Positions 29,115 through 38,987 of a stretch of 64,000 nucleotides of DNA are shown in pieces; within the stretch, counting starts at the first letter, position 1, and each line of letters opens with the position of its first letter. The notes under the pieces are model-generated. The model was not told the DNA's origin and searched no databases. It was given only the letters and a program-made list of their open reading frames with translations. Both the position numbers and the translations under genes were made by a program. This DNA is from Holosporales bacterium (GTDB lineage: Bacteria > Pseudomonadota > Alphaproteobacteria > Holosporales > Holosporaceae): positions 28,442-92,441 of the forward strand of contig CANHKV010000002.1 in the NCBI GenBank assembly GCA_947461445.1. The letters are read 5' to 3'.

Positions 29115-29480
29115 CTAGCGCGATACCCGCTCTTTAATTCTGGACTTTTTACGGCTAAGTGTCCGCACATAATACAATTTATTTCTGCGCACCTTTCCGC
29201 GCCGTGTGCACTCGATGTGATCAATAACCGGGCTGTAGAGAGGAAATACGCGCTCTAGACCAAACCCGCCTGTTACGCGACGCACGGTAAATGATGAGTG
29301 CAAACCGGCATTACGTCGGGCAATGCATAACCCTTCGAATCGCTGAATCCGCTCTCTTTTACCATCCAAAATACGAACATATACAGTCAAATTATCACCA
29401 GGCCCAAATACAGGTATAGGTTTTTTTCCTGTGGTCAATCGTTCAATTTCTCGACTATTAAAATCTAACAGGCATCCCAT
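29115..29480 (-). CDS. rplS: 50S ribosomal protein L19
   Basis: 121 aa. FGPGDNLTVYVRILDGKRERIQRFEGLCIARRNAGLHSSFTVRR matches the L19 core. Confidence 0.9.
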   Translation of the reverse strand: MGCLLDFNSREIERLTTGKKPIPVFGPGDNLTVYVRILDGKRERIQRFEGLCIARRNAGLHSSFTVRRVTGGFGLERVFPLYSPVIDHIECTRRGKVRRNKLYYVRTLSRKKSRIKERVSR

Positions 29481-29784
29481 GAATTTATCATTTTTAGAAC
29501 AAAATATGATTATTTATACCATGCTATTGCCCCCATGGGTAGACCATAGGCCCCTATTTTACGACAATATTGCACATCAGGCCGTACCAAGTTATAATGG
29601 ATCAATATTAAAAGTCCACATGGGCATTTATCGCAACAACCACACCATCTGACTTTTTACAGATTTGGGTTGGTTTTTCTATCTTTTTTCGCGAAAAGCG
29701 CTCCTTTTTGTAAAAAAGAGACATTGTTTTTGCTTGAAAAATGCATCGTTTGGCCACCCCCTTGAACAAGGAAAAGGTAGAATT

Positions 29785-32424
29785 ATGCTGGGAAAATTTC
29801 TGCTCATTGATCAGCGCTTGAACGAAACCCGTTTGGCCATCGTCAAGGACATGGTCCTAGAGGATTTTGATGACGAGCTGTCCACCAAAAAGTTAAAAAA
29901 AGGCAATGTTTATATTGGCCGCATTATGCGCATAGAGCATTCTTTGCAGGCTGCCTTTGTGGATTTTGGCTTTGAAAAACACGGATTTTTAGCATTTTCC
30001 GAAATCATTGGCCCCGACACACCAGCCACACGACCAACACCGGTCAATCCAGCAGAGCCAGAAATCAACGAATCCTCTATTACACTGGCTCCGCCCATTA
30101 ATCCAGATCCCATACCAGAAATCAGCGTCACCGAGGATGACGAGCGTCCAGCACGCCTCTTGGGCATACACGGAAAAGTACACGATTTTATCAAGCGCCA
30201 GCAACTGATTATGGTGCAAGTCATCAAGGACGAGAGAGGCAGCAAAGGCGCGGCGCTGACCACCTATATCTCATTGCCCGGTCGTTACGGTTTTTTCTTG
30301 CCCAACACACCAAAAGCCAGTGGTATTTCTAAAAAAATCACAGATTCAACAGAGCGCGATGCCCTGAAAACCATTTTGGGTACATTAGACGTTCCTGATG
30401 GCATGAGCTTTATTTTACGTTCTGCCGCCATTGGCAGAAAAAAGAGCGAAATCAAAAGGGATTATGATTTTTTGGTAAAAACATGGAACACCATCACCGC
30501 GCATCCTGTGACCGCCATTGGCCTGATTTATGCTGAACAAGACTTGCTGATCCGTGCCCTGAGAGATTTTTACAGCCATGATGTTCAAGAAGTGGTGATA
30601 CAGGGAGAAGAAGCATTTAAACGGGCGCGATCCTATATTCGGGCTGTTTTCCCCAGTTACGCCAAAAAGATACAATTGCACAGTACCACCTGTTCTTTGT
30701 TTGAAAAATTCAATATAGAATCCCAGATCGAGGCCATTTATAACCACACGGTTTTATTACCCTCTGGGGGATCGATTGTTTTGAATCAGACAGAGGCCCT
30801 GGTATCCATTGATGTCAATTCATCCAAATCAACCCAAGAAAGAAATATAGAAGACACAGCCTTGAAGACGAATCTAGAGGCGTGTATTGCCATTGCTAGG
30901 AACTTGAAATTACGGGATTTATCTGGATTAATCGTCATCGATTTTATCGATTTACACCCCAACAAACGCCCTGTCATAGAAAAAGCATTAAAGGATGCGT
31001 TGGCCACAGATCGTGCGCGATTAAAAATTGGAAAAATCAGTGAATTTGGCTTGCTGGAAATGTCCCGCCAGCGTTTGCGCCAGAGCTTGATGGAAAGCAA
31101 TACCCATTTGTGCACCACGTGTCACGGGGCAGGACGTTTGTTGTCATTGCCCATGCAATCCATGCGGGCGTTACGTGCCATAGAACGCATGGCCGCAACC
31201 CAGGATTCCAAAACCATTGAGGCATCTGGATCGGCGGATTTGGTGCTGTGTTTGCTGAATACGCATCGTGGGTTTTTATGGGAAATAGAGAAAAAGTATG
31301 GAACAACCATCATGATTTCCGTGGATTCAGCAGCCGATTCTGGGGGCTTGAATATTGTAAACCCCACCCCGCTGGCAGACGTTAAATCCACAGAAATTCC
31401 TGCTGCACCAAAGAAACGCCGTCGAAATCGATCGAAATCTGGAAAAAATGGGGACAGTGCTGTTGTTCAAAATCCATCAGATTTGACCAATACCCCCAGC
31501 AATTCTGGAACCCATCTGGGCAGCAGTGAGGCCCATGATACAGAAGAATCCCATGATTCTGGTCCAGTATCCATCACCGCCGCCGCGATGATTCCCTTGA
31601 ACCAAGAGGTTTTAACCCCATCATCCCCAGCCTTACCGGTGAAAGAATCCCGATGGGCCAGATTGCGCAAACGGCGTCAAGCAAAAATCCAGGCCAATGC
31701 GGCTGGGGATGGACCATGTGTACTAACCAATGCCATAGGAATGGATGGGGTTTTGGATGCCGTACAGGGGCAAGAAATAGAGTCCTCAACAATCCCAGAA
31801 TCCACAGAAAAAATCCTGTCATCTGTCATATATCCAGGAAAAGAAACTCCATCTGTATCAGAAAAACCCCTAGTCAAACCAAGGGAAAAAGGCAAAAAAC
31901 GTACAAATCAAAACCCACGATTGAATACGCCCATGAAACAGAATCTGCTCCGAGACGCTGAACAGAGTGCGTCCCCAAAAACACCTGATGCAACACCACA
32001 AAGGGTACCCCAAACAAAGGCTGTAACACCCCAGGATAGTACTCAAAAGGTTCCCAGCAACCATCGCAGACGAGTCCATGCTAAAAAAGATCGACCAAGC
32101 CCTGTGACGACCAGCGCACCGATTCATGGCCTCTCTGTCCCTGTAGTAAGCACATCGATGGCTATGCCAGAATGCAAAGACACGATCGTAACGCCGCGCA
32201 ATCCATCAGAAGACCTGACCCGTCAGAAAAAACGTTCAAAAAGCAAGAAGTTTTTATCCAAAGAATGTGCATCACAAACATTGCCCGCACCCCTTGGAAA
32301 AGCCAAACCTGTCCCAGTCAAACCGTCTGGGGCCATAAAAGCCAATGGCACCATAGAAAAGACCTCTCCTGTTCGCGTCCAATCCTCTGGTGGCATCGTC
32401 TTGCTGCCCACCCGTTTACGATAG
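29785..32424 (+). CDS. rne: Ribonuclease E
   Basis: S1 domain GNVYIGRIMRIEHSLQAAFVDFG, catalytic core, Zn-link CTTCHGAGR and a long basic/Pro-rich disordered C-terminus. The ATG at 29785 has an AAGGAAAAGG SD. Confidence 0.85.
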   Translation: MLGKFLLIDQRLNETRLAIVKDMVLEDFDDELSTKKLKKGNVYIGRIMRIEHSLQAAFVDFGFEKHGFLAFSEIIGPDTPATRPTPVNPAEPEINESSITLAPPINPDPIPEISVTEDDERPARLLGIHGKVHDFIKRQQLIMVQVIKDERGSKGAALTTYISLPGRYGFFLPNTPKASGISKKITDSTERDALKTILGTLDVPDGMSFILRSAAIGRKKSEIKRDYDFLVKTWNTITAHPVTAIGLIYAEQDLLIRALRDFYSHDVQEVVIQGEEAFKRARSYIRAVFPSYAKKIQLHSTTCSLFEKFNIESQIEAIYNHTVLLPSGGSIVLNQTEALVSIDVNSSKSTQERNIEDTALKTNLEACIAIARNLKLRDLSGLIVIDFIDLHPNKRPVIEKALKDALATDRARLKIGKISEFGLLEMSRQRLRQSLMESNTHLCTTCHGAGRLLSLPMQSMRALRAIERMAATQDSKTIEASGSADLVLCLLNTHRGFLWEIEKKYGTTIMISVDSAADSGGLNIVNPTPLADVKSTEIPAAPKKRRRNRSKSGKNGDSAVVQNPSDLTNTPSNSGTHLGSSEAHDTEESHDSGPVSITAAAMIPLNQEVLTPSSPALPVKESRWARLRKRRQAKIQANAAGDGPCVLTNAIGMDGVLDAVQGQEIESSTIPESTEKILSSVIYPGKETPSVSEKPLVKPREKGKKRTNQNPRLNTPMKQNLLRDAEQSASPKTPDATPQRVPQTKAVTPQDSTQKVPSNHRRRVHAKKDRPSPVTTSAPIHGLSVPVVSTSMAMPECKDTIVTPRNPSEDLTRQKKRSKSKKFLSKECASQTLPAPLGKAKPVPVKPSGAIKANGTIEKTSPVRVQSSGGIVLLPTRLR

Positions 32425-32505
32425 GGGTTAAAGAGATCATGGCTTGGGGCAAAGGCATGCCCCAGAGTGGGCTATTGAGATCATCTCTTAGATTTGATAA
32501 TCTGA

Positions 32506-32597
32506 ATACAGAGTGTTTGGGCAAAATATCGATTCACCTGGTCAGGTTTGAAAAAAAGCAGCCAAAATCGAACCATTTTGGGTCAAGCACTCTATTT
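32506..32597 (+). ncRNA. ffs: Signal recognition particle RNA (4.5S / small SRP RNA)
   Basis: Conserved domain IV CTGGTCAGGTTT-GAAA-AAAAGCAGCCA (compare E. coli CAGGUCAGGUCC-GGAA-GGAAGCAGCCA). The flanking arms pair (AGAGTG...CACTCT, ATCGATT...AATCGA) and a T-run follows. Ends are approximate. Confidence 0.65.
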
Positions 32598-32621
32598 TTT
32601 CTTTCAAAATTGGTCTAACTG

Positions 32622-34313
32622 ATGTCTATGGGGCTGGCGCGCAAATACAGGCCAACGTTATTTCGCAATGTGGTTGGACAAGATTTATTTGTGCGCATTT
32701 TACGCAATGCTCTGGCCCAAGGGCGCCTGAGTAGCGGCTTGTTGTTAACGGGCATTCGCGGGGTAGGGAAAACCACACTGGCACGATTGGTGGCCAAGGC
32801 TTTGTCATGCACTGCTCGGGACACGGATCAAGAACCGTGCAATGCGTGTCCATCCTGTTTGGCCCTGATTCAAGACAAGCATGTCGATATTTTAGAAATG
32901 GATGCCGCCAGTCATACAGGTGTCGATGATATTCGGCAGATTTTAGACAGCTGTTCGTACAAACCATTGCTGGGAAATTGCAAGATTTACATCATTGACG
33001 AAGTGCATATGCTGTCCAAGAGCGCCTTTAACGCCTTGTTAAAAACCCTGGAAGAGCCGCCAGCCCATGTGACATTCATTTTCGCCACCACGGATGTGGC
33101 AAAGGTGCCGCTGACGGTGGTATCGCGGTGCCAACAATTGCATTTGCATCGTGTCAAATCAGACATTTTGGCCGAACACTTGAAAGACATTGCCCAGAAA
33201 GAAGGGTATTCCGCGGAACAATCGGTGTATGATTTACTGGCCCGATACAGCGAAGGGGGCGTACGGGATGCCCTGTCCCTGCTGGAGCGTGTTTTGCTGA
33301 TCGCATCCCCACAATCCCCCATTACTGTGGACGATGTGTTGTCTATTTTGGGTTTGCCGCATACACAGTGGCTGGATCAATGGTTCCAATGTTTGTCTCA
33401 TGGGGATGGACCAGGCATGGTCTCTTTGATTAGACAGCAATATCATCACGGATCAGAGCCCATCACGTTGCTGTCGCAATGCATGCAATTGATTCATGAA
33501 AAAACCATGGCATCTTTAAATAGCCCGGAACACCATTCCCCCATAGCACTGGATCGGTATGATCAATGGTGGCAATTGGGGCAAAAAGGATTATCAGAGC
33601 TGTCGGCATCACCTTTCCCCTTGTTGGCACTGGAAATGGTGGCTTTGCGTATGGCCTATATGACGCTTTTTCCTACTCAATCTCAAATTTTATCCTTCAT
33701 AGAACCGGTTGGCAACAAAGCCAGTTCAGGATCCGCTTCTGGACCATCGGCACATAAAATCACAGAACCCCACGGTGCGCGCATCAGCACCCGTTATACC
33801 GCAGAACCCACCAGCAGTCATCAGCAGGCCCTGCCCCACACCAGAAACCCTTATACTCCAGAGGAATCGTCGGGGAATGGTCCTCCTACTGGTGATTCTG
33901 ATGCTGAAAGAAAGACAAAATCATCTCTGGTTATATGGGATAAAGCCAGTATGGCATCATTAGATGACCTGTTATCGGCGCTGGCCCAGGCACGCGAAGG
34001 CTTGTTGCACGCCCATGTTCGATCCAATGTATCGTGGGTGGGCTGGGATGATGACGCTTTGGTTTTACATTGGGACAAGACACGCGGTGCAATGCCCAAA
34101 ACGTTTTCTGGTGCGTTTGACCAATTTTTTAAACAACACATTCAAAAAGGCCACCGTATCCGTTGGAATGATACGGCTCAGGGCATGTCACAACTGGCAC
34201 AAGAAGAACAGGAAAAAGACCATTACCATGCCTTGGCCAAACAGAATCCGGCGGTACAAACCATTTTGAAAACCTTTCCCGATGTGACAATTGAACAAAT
34301 CACCAGGTTGTGA
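32622..34313 (+). CDS. dnaX: DNA polymerase III subunit gamma/tau
   Basis: AAA+ clamp-loader motifs GIRGVGKTT, IIDEVHMLS and SRCQ, a Cys cluster CNACPSC, and a variable tau-like C-terminus. Confidence 0.9.
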   Translation: MSMGLARKYRPTLFRNVVGQDLFVRILRNALAQGRLSSGLLLTGIRGVGKTTLARLVAKALSCTARDTDQEPCNACPSCLALIQDKHVDILEMDAASHTGVDDIRQILDSCSYKPLLGNCKIYIIDEVHMLSKSAFNALLKTLEEPPAHVTFIFATTDVAKVPLTVVSRCQQLHLHRVKSDILAEHLKDIAQKEGYSAEQSVYDLLARYSEGGVRDALSLLERVLLIASPQSPITVDDVLSILGLPHTQWLDQWFQCLSHGDGPGMVSLIRQQYHHGSEPITLLSQCMQLIHEKTMASLNSPEHHSPIALDRYDQWWQLGQKGLSELSASPFPLLALEMVALRMAYMTLFPTQSQILSFIEPVGNKASSGSASGPSAHKITEPHGARISTRYTAEPTSSHQQALPHTRNPYTPEESSGNGPPTGDSDAERKTKSSLVIWDKASMASLDDLLSALAQAREGLLHAHVRSNVSWVGWDDDALVLHWDKTRGAMPKTFSGAFDQFFKQHIQKGHRIRWNDTAQGMSQLAQEEQEKDHYHALAKQNPAVQTILKTFPDVTIEQITRL

Positions 34314-34348
34314 TGTAATCAAGTATCACAGGAAAACAATCAAAAATT

Positions 34349-34648
34349 ATGGATTTTTCAAAATTAATGAAGCAGGCCCAAGGTTTACAAAAACAAATGG
34401 GCGAAGCGCAAAAAAAGATCGATGTGCTGGAAATCCAAGGTGTGGCTGGTAATGGGTTGGTCCGTATTTCCATCAGTGGAAAAGGCCATTTGCTGAATAT
34501 CCGCCTGGATTCCTCTTTGCCCAACGACGAGGTTCTGGAAGATTTAATTGTTGCTGCCCACCAAAATGCCATCAGTCAATTAGAGCAAGCCAAAGCAGAT
34601 ATTATGGGCCCAATGAATGGGTTGGCCAGTCAAATCCCAGGATTTTAG
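34349..34648 (+). CDS. ybaB: Nucleoid-associated protein YbaB/EbfC
   Basis: 99 aa. MKQAQGLQKQMGEAQKKI...GNGLVRISISGKG is typical of the family, and the position after dnaX is conserved. Confidence 0.85.
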   Translation: MDFSKLMKQAQGLQKQMGEAQKKIDVLEIQGVAGNGLVRISISGKGHLLNIRLDSSLPNDEVLEDLIVAAHQNAISQLEQAKADIMGPMNGLASQIPGF

Positions 34649-34744
34649 GTTTTTTGACATGTGTACGGGTTCCAGTGGCAACATAAGCACGCGTTCATCA
34701 TATGTGGGTTGGCCAATCCTATTGCGCAAGGGTAAGCGTTTGAC

Positions 34745-36901
34745 ATGAGTATGCCTTCAGAAAATCCATCAGAAATCCCTAGCCTGTCACAGGATGGGGA
34801 ATCAGATTCCCCTCTTTCTGGCTCCCCTGTTCCGCCTGCATTACGAGCCCAGTGGAAGGATCTGCAGAAACACATTGCGGACCACGATTGGGCCTATTAC
34901 CAAAACCAGGCCCCCGTGTTATCTGACGATGAGTACGATGGTTTACGCCACCAATTGCAAACCTTGGAACAGCAATACCCTGCCTTAAAAACCAAGGACA
35001 GTCGATCCCAACGTATCGGTTATGATCCCAGCCCTGTATTTTCCAGTGCGGCCCATTTATGGCCTGTGTATTCCTTGGAAAAAACCACTGATTTTCAAGG
35101 ATTTTTAGACTTTTCTGACAAAGCAGCACGATTTTTAGGGATTTCTGGGGATTCTTTGGGCCCATGGATTGCGGAGCCAAAAATTGATGGATTAACCTTG
35201 ATATTGCGCTATGAAAAGGGGCATTTGGTTCGTGGTGCCACCAGAGGAAATGGCGTTATGGGGGAAGATGTTACATCCAATATCTGGAATATTGCCACCA
35301 TTCCTCACGAATTATCTGGATACGATGGTCCAGATGTCATAGAAATCCGAGGTGAAATTTATATCCTCTTAAAAGATTTTCATCAATGGAATGCAGAGCG
35401 TCTGGAGGCAGGGTTGCCTGCCCTATCCAATCCTAGAAATGCCGCTTCTGGTTCATTGCGTCAACTGGATGCCCGCATTACGGCCAGTCGCCCCTTGTTG
35501 TTTATGCCCCACGGCAGCACACTAAGCGATGAGTTGTATCCTGGGGTTTCGACATACCGGGATATTTTATTGGCTCTGAAACAATGGGGGTTTCAACAAC
35601 AAATGACCTGGAAGGTTTGTGAAAATCCTCAGGATATTCAGGATTATTTTGAATGGATTACTGTGCAAAGACCCACACTGGGGTATGAAATCGATGGCGT
35701 GGTATATAAATTAGATGCCTTAGTGGATCAAAAACGTTTGGGTCATTCTGCCAGAGCCCCACGGTATGCTGTGGCTGCAAAATTTCCAGCCCACGACGCC
35801 ATTACCCATATTGTATCCATTGATACCCAGGTTGGTCGTACTGGTGTCATTACACCGGTGGCGCATGTTCAGCCCGTTTGGGTGGCTGGCGTGATGATTG
35901 CCAAGGCCAGCATTCATAATGCGGACGAATTGGCGCGAAAAGACTTACGCATTGGTGACCGGGTTTTGATTCGGCGTGCTGGCGATGTCATTCCTCAAAT
36001 TGTAAAAGCGTTTACGGATCAACGTACGGGCTATACGGCCCCCTTTGTTTTTCCTACGCACTGCCCATCGTGTCAATCCCTTTTAATCCGAGAAGAGGGT
36101 GCGGTGGCGTGGCGTTGCATACAGGGATGGCGTTGTAGGAGCCAAGCCATTGGACGATTGCGTCATATGGTGTCGCGTGATGCCATGGATATTGATGGAT
36201 TGGGTATAAAACAGATGGCTTTTTTATACGAACAGGGGTTGGTACGTACTCCTGGGGATTTATTTCGATTAACCGTTGATGATTTAACACCGCTAGATGG
36301 CTGGGGAGAACAATCCGCTGCTCAATTAATCACAGCGCTGCATCATGGGCGAACATTGTCTTTGCACCGTTGGATTTATGCTCTGGGCATTCCATCCGTG
36401 GGGTACGTTTCTGCAAAATCCTTGGCCGAATATTATCAAACACGGGATCATTTTGAAGAGTGCATTCAAAGATGTATGACGGAATGTTGTCCCATTGTAT
36501 CCAATGCTGGGGCTGTGCAGTCTTCTGCCTATAGAGATTTATTGAATATTTCTGGTATTGGTCAGGATACGGCTCAAGGGTTAATGACGTTTATGACCAA
36601 TGAACAGGAATGGGTCAAAGATCTGGCGCAATACATAGAAATCGTTGCTGCACCAGCACCCACCACAAAAAGCACACCGCTTTCTGATAAAACCATTGTT
36701 TTTACGGGAACATTGCCTAACATGACACGGGCAGAGGCGAAGAAACGGGCAGAAGATGCTGGTGCCAGAGTTCTAAGTGGCTTGTCTCAACGGGTGGATT
36801 TTTTGGTTTGTGGGGAAAAAAGTGGTAAAAAAATAGAGCAGGCCCGGTCTTGGAATATCACAGTTTTGGATGCAGAGCAATGGCAATCCTTATGGGATTG
36901 A
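34745..36901 (+). CDS. ligA: NAD-dependent DNA ligase
   Basis: Adenylation lysine in EPKIDGLT, OB fold, Cys4 zinc finger (CPSCQS...C...C), HhH region and a C-terminal BRCT domain. Confidence 0.95.
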   Translation: MSMPSENPSEIPSLSQDGESDSPLSGSPVPPALRAQWKDLQKHIADHDWAYYQNQAPVLSDDEYDGLRHQLQTLEQQYPALKTKDSRSQRIGYDPSPVFSSAAHLWPVYSLEKTTDFQGFLDFSDKAARFLGISGDSLGPWIAEPKIDGLTLILRYEKGHLVRGATRGNGVMGEDVTSNIWNIATIPHELSGYDGPDVIEIRGEIYILLKDFHQWNAERLEAGLPALSNPRNAASGSLRQLDARITASRPLLFMPHGSTLSDELYPGVSTYRDILLALKQWGFQQQMTWKVCENPQDIQDYFEWITVQRPTLGYEIDGVVYKLDALVDQKRLGHSARAPRYAVAAKFPAHDAITHIVSIDTQVGRTGVITPVAHVQPVWVAGVMIAKASIHNADELARKDLRIGDRVLIRRAGDVIPQIVKAFTDQRTGYTAPFVFPTHCPSCQSLLIREEGAVAWRCIQGWRCRSQAIGRLRHMVSRDAMDIDGLGIKQMAFLYEQGLVRTPGDLFRLTVDDLTPLDGWGEQSAAQLITALHHGRTLSLHRWIYALGIPSVGYVSAKSLAEYYQTRDHFEECIQRCMTECCPIVSNAGAVQSSAYRDLLNISGIGQDTAQGLMTFMTNEQEWVKDLAQYIEIVAAPAPTTKSTPLSDKTIVFTGTLPNMTRAEAKKRAEDAGARVLSGLSQRVDFLVCGEKSGKKIEQARSWNITVLDAEQWQSLWD

Positions 36902-37092
36902 TCCATTTGATTGGCCTGAATCCGCTGGTCTGAAAGGGCGCAGACAATCATTCCATCAGGCATCAAACAGGATGCTCTGTTGATGGGGAGCCTTGGCCGT
37001 AATGATTCTCTTGTAAAAGACAGGCCGTCCATCGCCCCCATCCTTTAGGATCAACCCTGGTGGCGCCTTGCCAAAACAGCTGGCGGTGTGAC

Positions 37093-37461
37093 ATGATCAA
37101 ATCAAGCATATTTTTTAAGGTATGGATCATGTCTCTGACCAGCGCATTGGGGTATGGGTCGTTGTTTTCTGAAGTCAGCGTACAATCGGTTTTTATTATG
37201 GTTTTGTGTACGTTCATCGGGTTTTGGTCGGCCTGTCGCGTTAATTCCGCCTTTCACGCCCCATTGATGGGGTTAACCAACGCCATGTCCAGCATGATTC
37301 TGTTTTTAGCCGTTACATTTTATGGAGCCCTTACCGGTCCAGGCACTGGATTTTTACGGGCATTAACCACCATAACCATCTTTTTTCTAGCCATGAATTT
37401 AATGGGTGGATTGTTCATTACCAGACGCATGTTGTCCTTGTTTTCCAATAAAACACAATAG
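37093..37461 (+). CDS. pntAB: NAD(P) transhydrogenase alpha subunit part 2 (membrane piece)
   Basis: AFHAPLMGLTNAMSS and MNLMGGLFITRRMLSLFSNK align with the conserved HTPLMSVTNAISG and INIFGGFTVTQRMLKMF motifs of the PntA C-terminus. The start is uncertain (37060, 37093 or 37129). Confidence 0.75.
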   Translation: MIKSSIFFKVWIMSLTSALGYGSLFSEVSVQSVFIMVLCTFIGFWSACRVNSAFHAPLMGLTNAMSSMILFLAVTFYGALTGPGTGFLRALTTITIFFLAMNLMGGLFITRRMLSLFSNKTQ

Positions 37462-37486
37462 GTACAGAAATTTGGAACATACGCCT

Positions 37487-38707
37487 ATGGGCCAGCACGA
37501 AACAGGGCAAGACATTTTGCAACCGTTGGCCATTTATATTCACTGGCCCTTTTGTCGATCCTTGTGCCCCTATTGCCATTTTAATCGCTATGTGGTGGAT
37601 AATGTGGACGAAGATGCTTGGGAGCGTGCCTTTATTTCCGAATTAAATTATTGGAAAAGTCGCGTAGGAAACCGCAATGTTGTCAGCATCTTCTTTGGTG
37701 GTGGCACCCCATCCTTAATGTCTCCGGATTTGGTTGAGCGTATTCTGAAAACCATTTATGCCTTGTGGCATGTGGGGGACGGTGTGGAAATCACCCTGGA
37801 AATGAACCCCACGGATCAAGAAAAAGCAGGCCATTTTTTCCATGCCGGCATCAATCGAATCTCTATGGGTGTTCAATCCTTTCATGATGAAACCTTGGTA
37901 TTTTTGGGTCGAAATCACAGGGTTTCTGATATTCAGGCAGCACTGAATCATTTAAAACATGTGGGGTTACGGTATTCCTTTGATTTGATTTATGCCCACA
38001 AAAATCACCAAGATCATCAGCAGTGGGGCACAGAATTAATGCTGGCCACCCCTTGGATTGACGATCATGTATCCATTTATCAATTGACGTATGAAATGGG
38101 AACCCCCTTTTATAAAAAACGTCATCAAGAATTATCCGATGAATTGGTTTTACATCTGGAATCCATGACCGACAAAGCTTTTGCACCTTTGGGATTACAG
38201 CGTTACGAGGTTTCTAATTATGCAAAGCCGGGTGCAACCAGCATTCACAACACCATGTATTGGACGTACCAAGATTTTTTAGGTCTGGGGCCGGGGGCTC
38301 ATGGACGCATCAGTACCATAGACGACCAGGGAAAAGCAATTAAAATAGCCACCCATAACAGAGGATTACCCGATCAATGGATGGACAGCGTTCATGCCCA
38401 TGGACATGGACTGATGCTGGATCAGGCGTTAACACGATCTGACCGGTTACAAGAACAATTTTTAATGGGATTGCGTCTGAAAAGCGGCTTGGATTTGAAT
38501 GCCGTATTGGATGCTGGCGAGTGTCTTCATCCCGAATTGATTCAGCGCATTCATCACTGTATACAGGCAGACTTGGTTATGGCACCCGAAACGCCTTTTT
38601 CTGTCGATGGGGCTTTGCCTTACCTGATTTTATCAAACAAAGGGTATTGCGTTCTGAACAGTGTGGTGGAGTTTTTATGCCGTGGCCCGATGGTGATGGC
38701 TGCTTGA
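37487..38707 (+). CDS. hemW: Radical-SAM heme chaperone HemW (HemN-like, oxygen-independent coproporphyrinogen oxidase family)
   Basis: YIHWPFCRSLCPYCHFN (CxxxCxxC), GGGTPS motif, HemN C-terminal domain, about 406 aa. Confidence 0.85.
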   Translation: MGQHETGQDILQPLAIYIHWPFCRSLCPYCHFNRYVVDNVDEDAWERAFISELNYWKSRVGNRNVVSIFFGGGTPSLMSPDLVERILKTIYALWHVGDGVEITLEMNPTDQEKAGHFFHAGINRISMGVQSFHDETLVFLGRNHRVSDIQAALNHLKHVGLRYSFDLIYAHKNHQDHQQWGTELMLATPWIDDHVSIYQLTYEMGTPFYKKRHQELSDELVLHLESMTDKAFAPLGLQRYEVSNYAKPGATSIHNTMYWTYQDFLGLGPGAHGRISTIDDQGKAIKIATHNRGLPDQWMDSVHAHGHGLMLDQALTRSDRLQEQFLMGLRLKSGLDLNAVLDAGECLHPELIQRIHHCIQADLVMAPETPFSVDGALPYLILSNKGYCVLNSVVEFLCRGPMVMAA

Positions 38708-38987
38708 TGGTTTGGCTCAACCCTGCCCCCTCCCTTGCATGACAGAGTGTGGTCAGGTGATCCATTTCCAGATGGCACAGGATGGGCAGCCAAAAGTTTT
38801 CTAGATCCATCGACTTTATCAATGGGAATGATTGACCCCTTAACCGTTGGGACGGCCATGAATTTTGACAGTGTAGGGGGACATTCTTTTAAACATTGAC
38901 GTTGTTTCGCAGCGCGCATTGAGAAGGTTTTGATGCCATATCCTCTTCGTCCTGCTCTTCCTTCAGACCTTGCAACAGAGTATATTC

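Noticed and set aside
29686-29697. The 12-bp palindrome TTTTCGCGAAAA in the rne leader could be a regulatory site.
   Set aside because: It is short and AT-rich and easily arises by chance. E. coli-type rne 5'-UTR autoregulatory hairpins cannot be recognised by sequence alone.
33495-33506. The A-rich stretch CAT GAA AAA ACC in dnaX could be a programmed -1 frameshift site for a gamma subunit, as with E. coli A AAA AAG.
   Set aside because: In the zero frame it does not form an X XXY YYZ slippery heptamer, and no obvious downstream stem-loop was seen.
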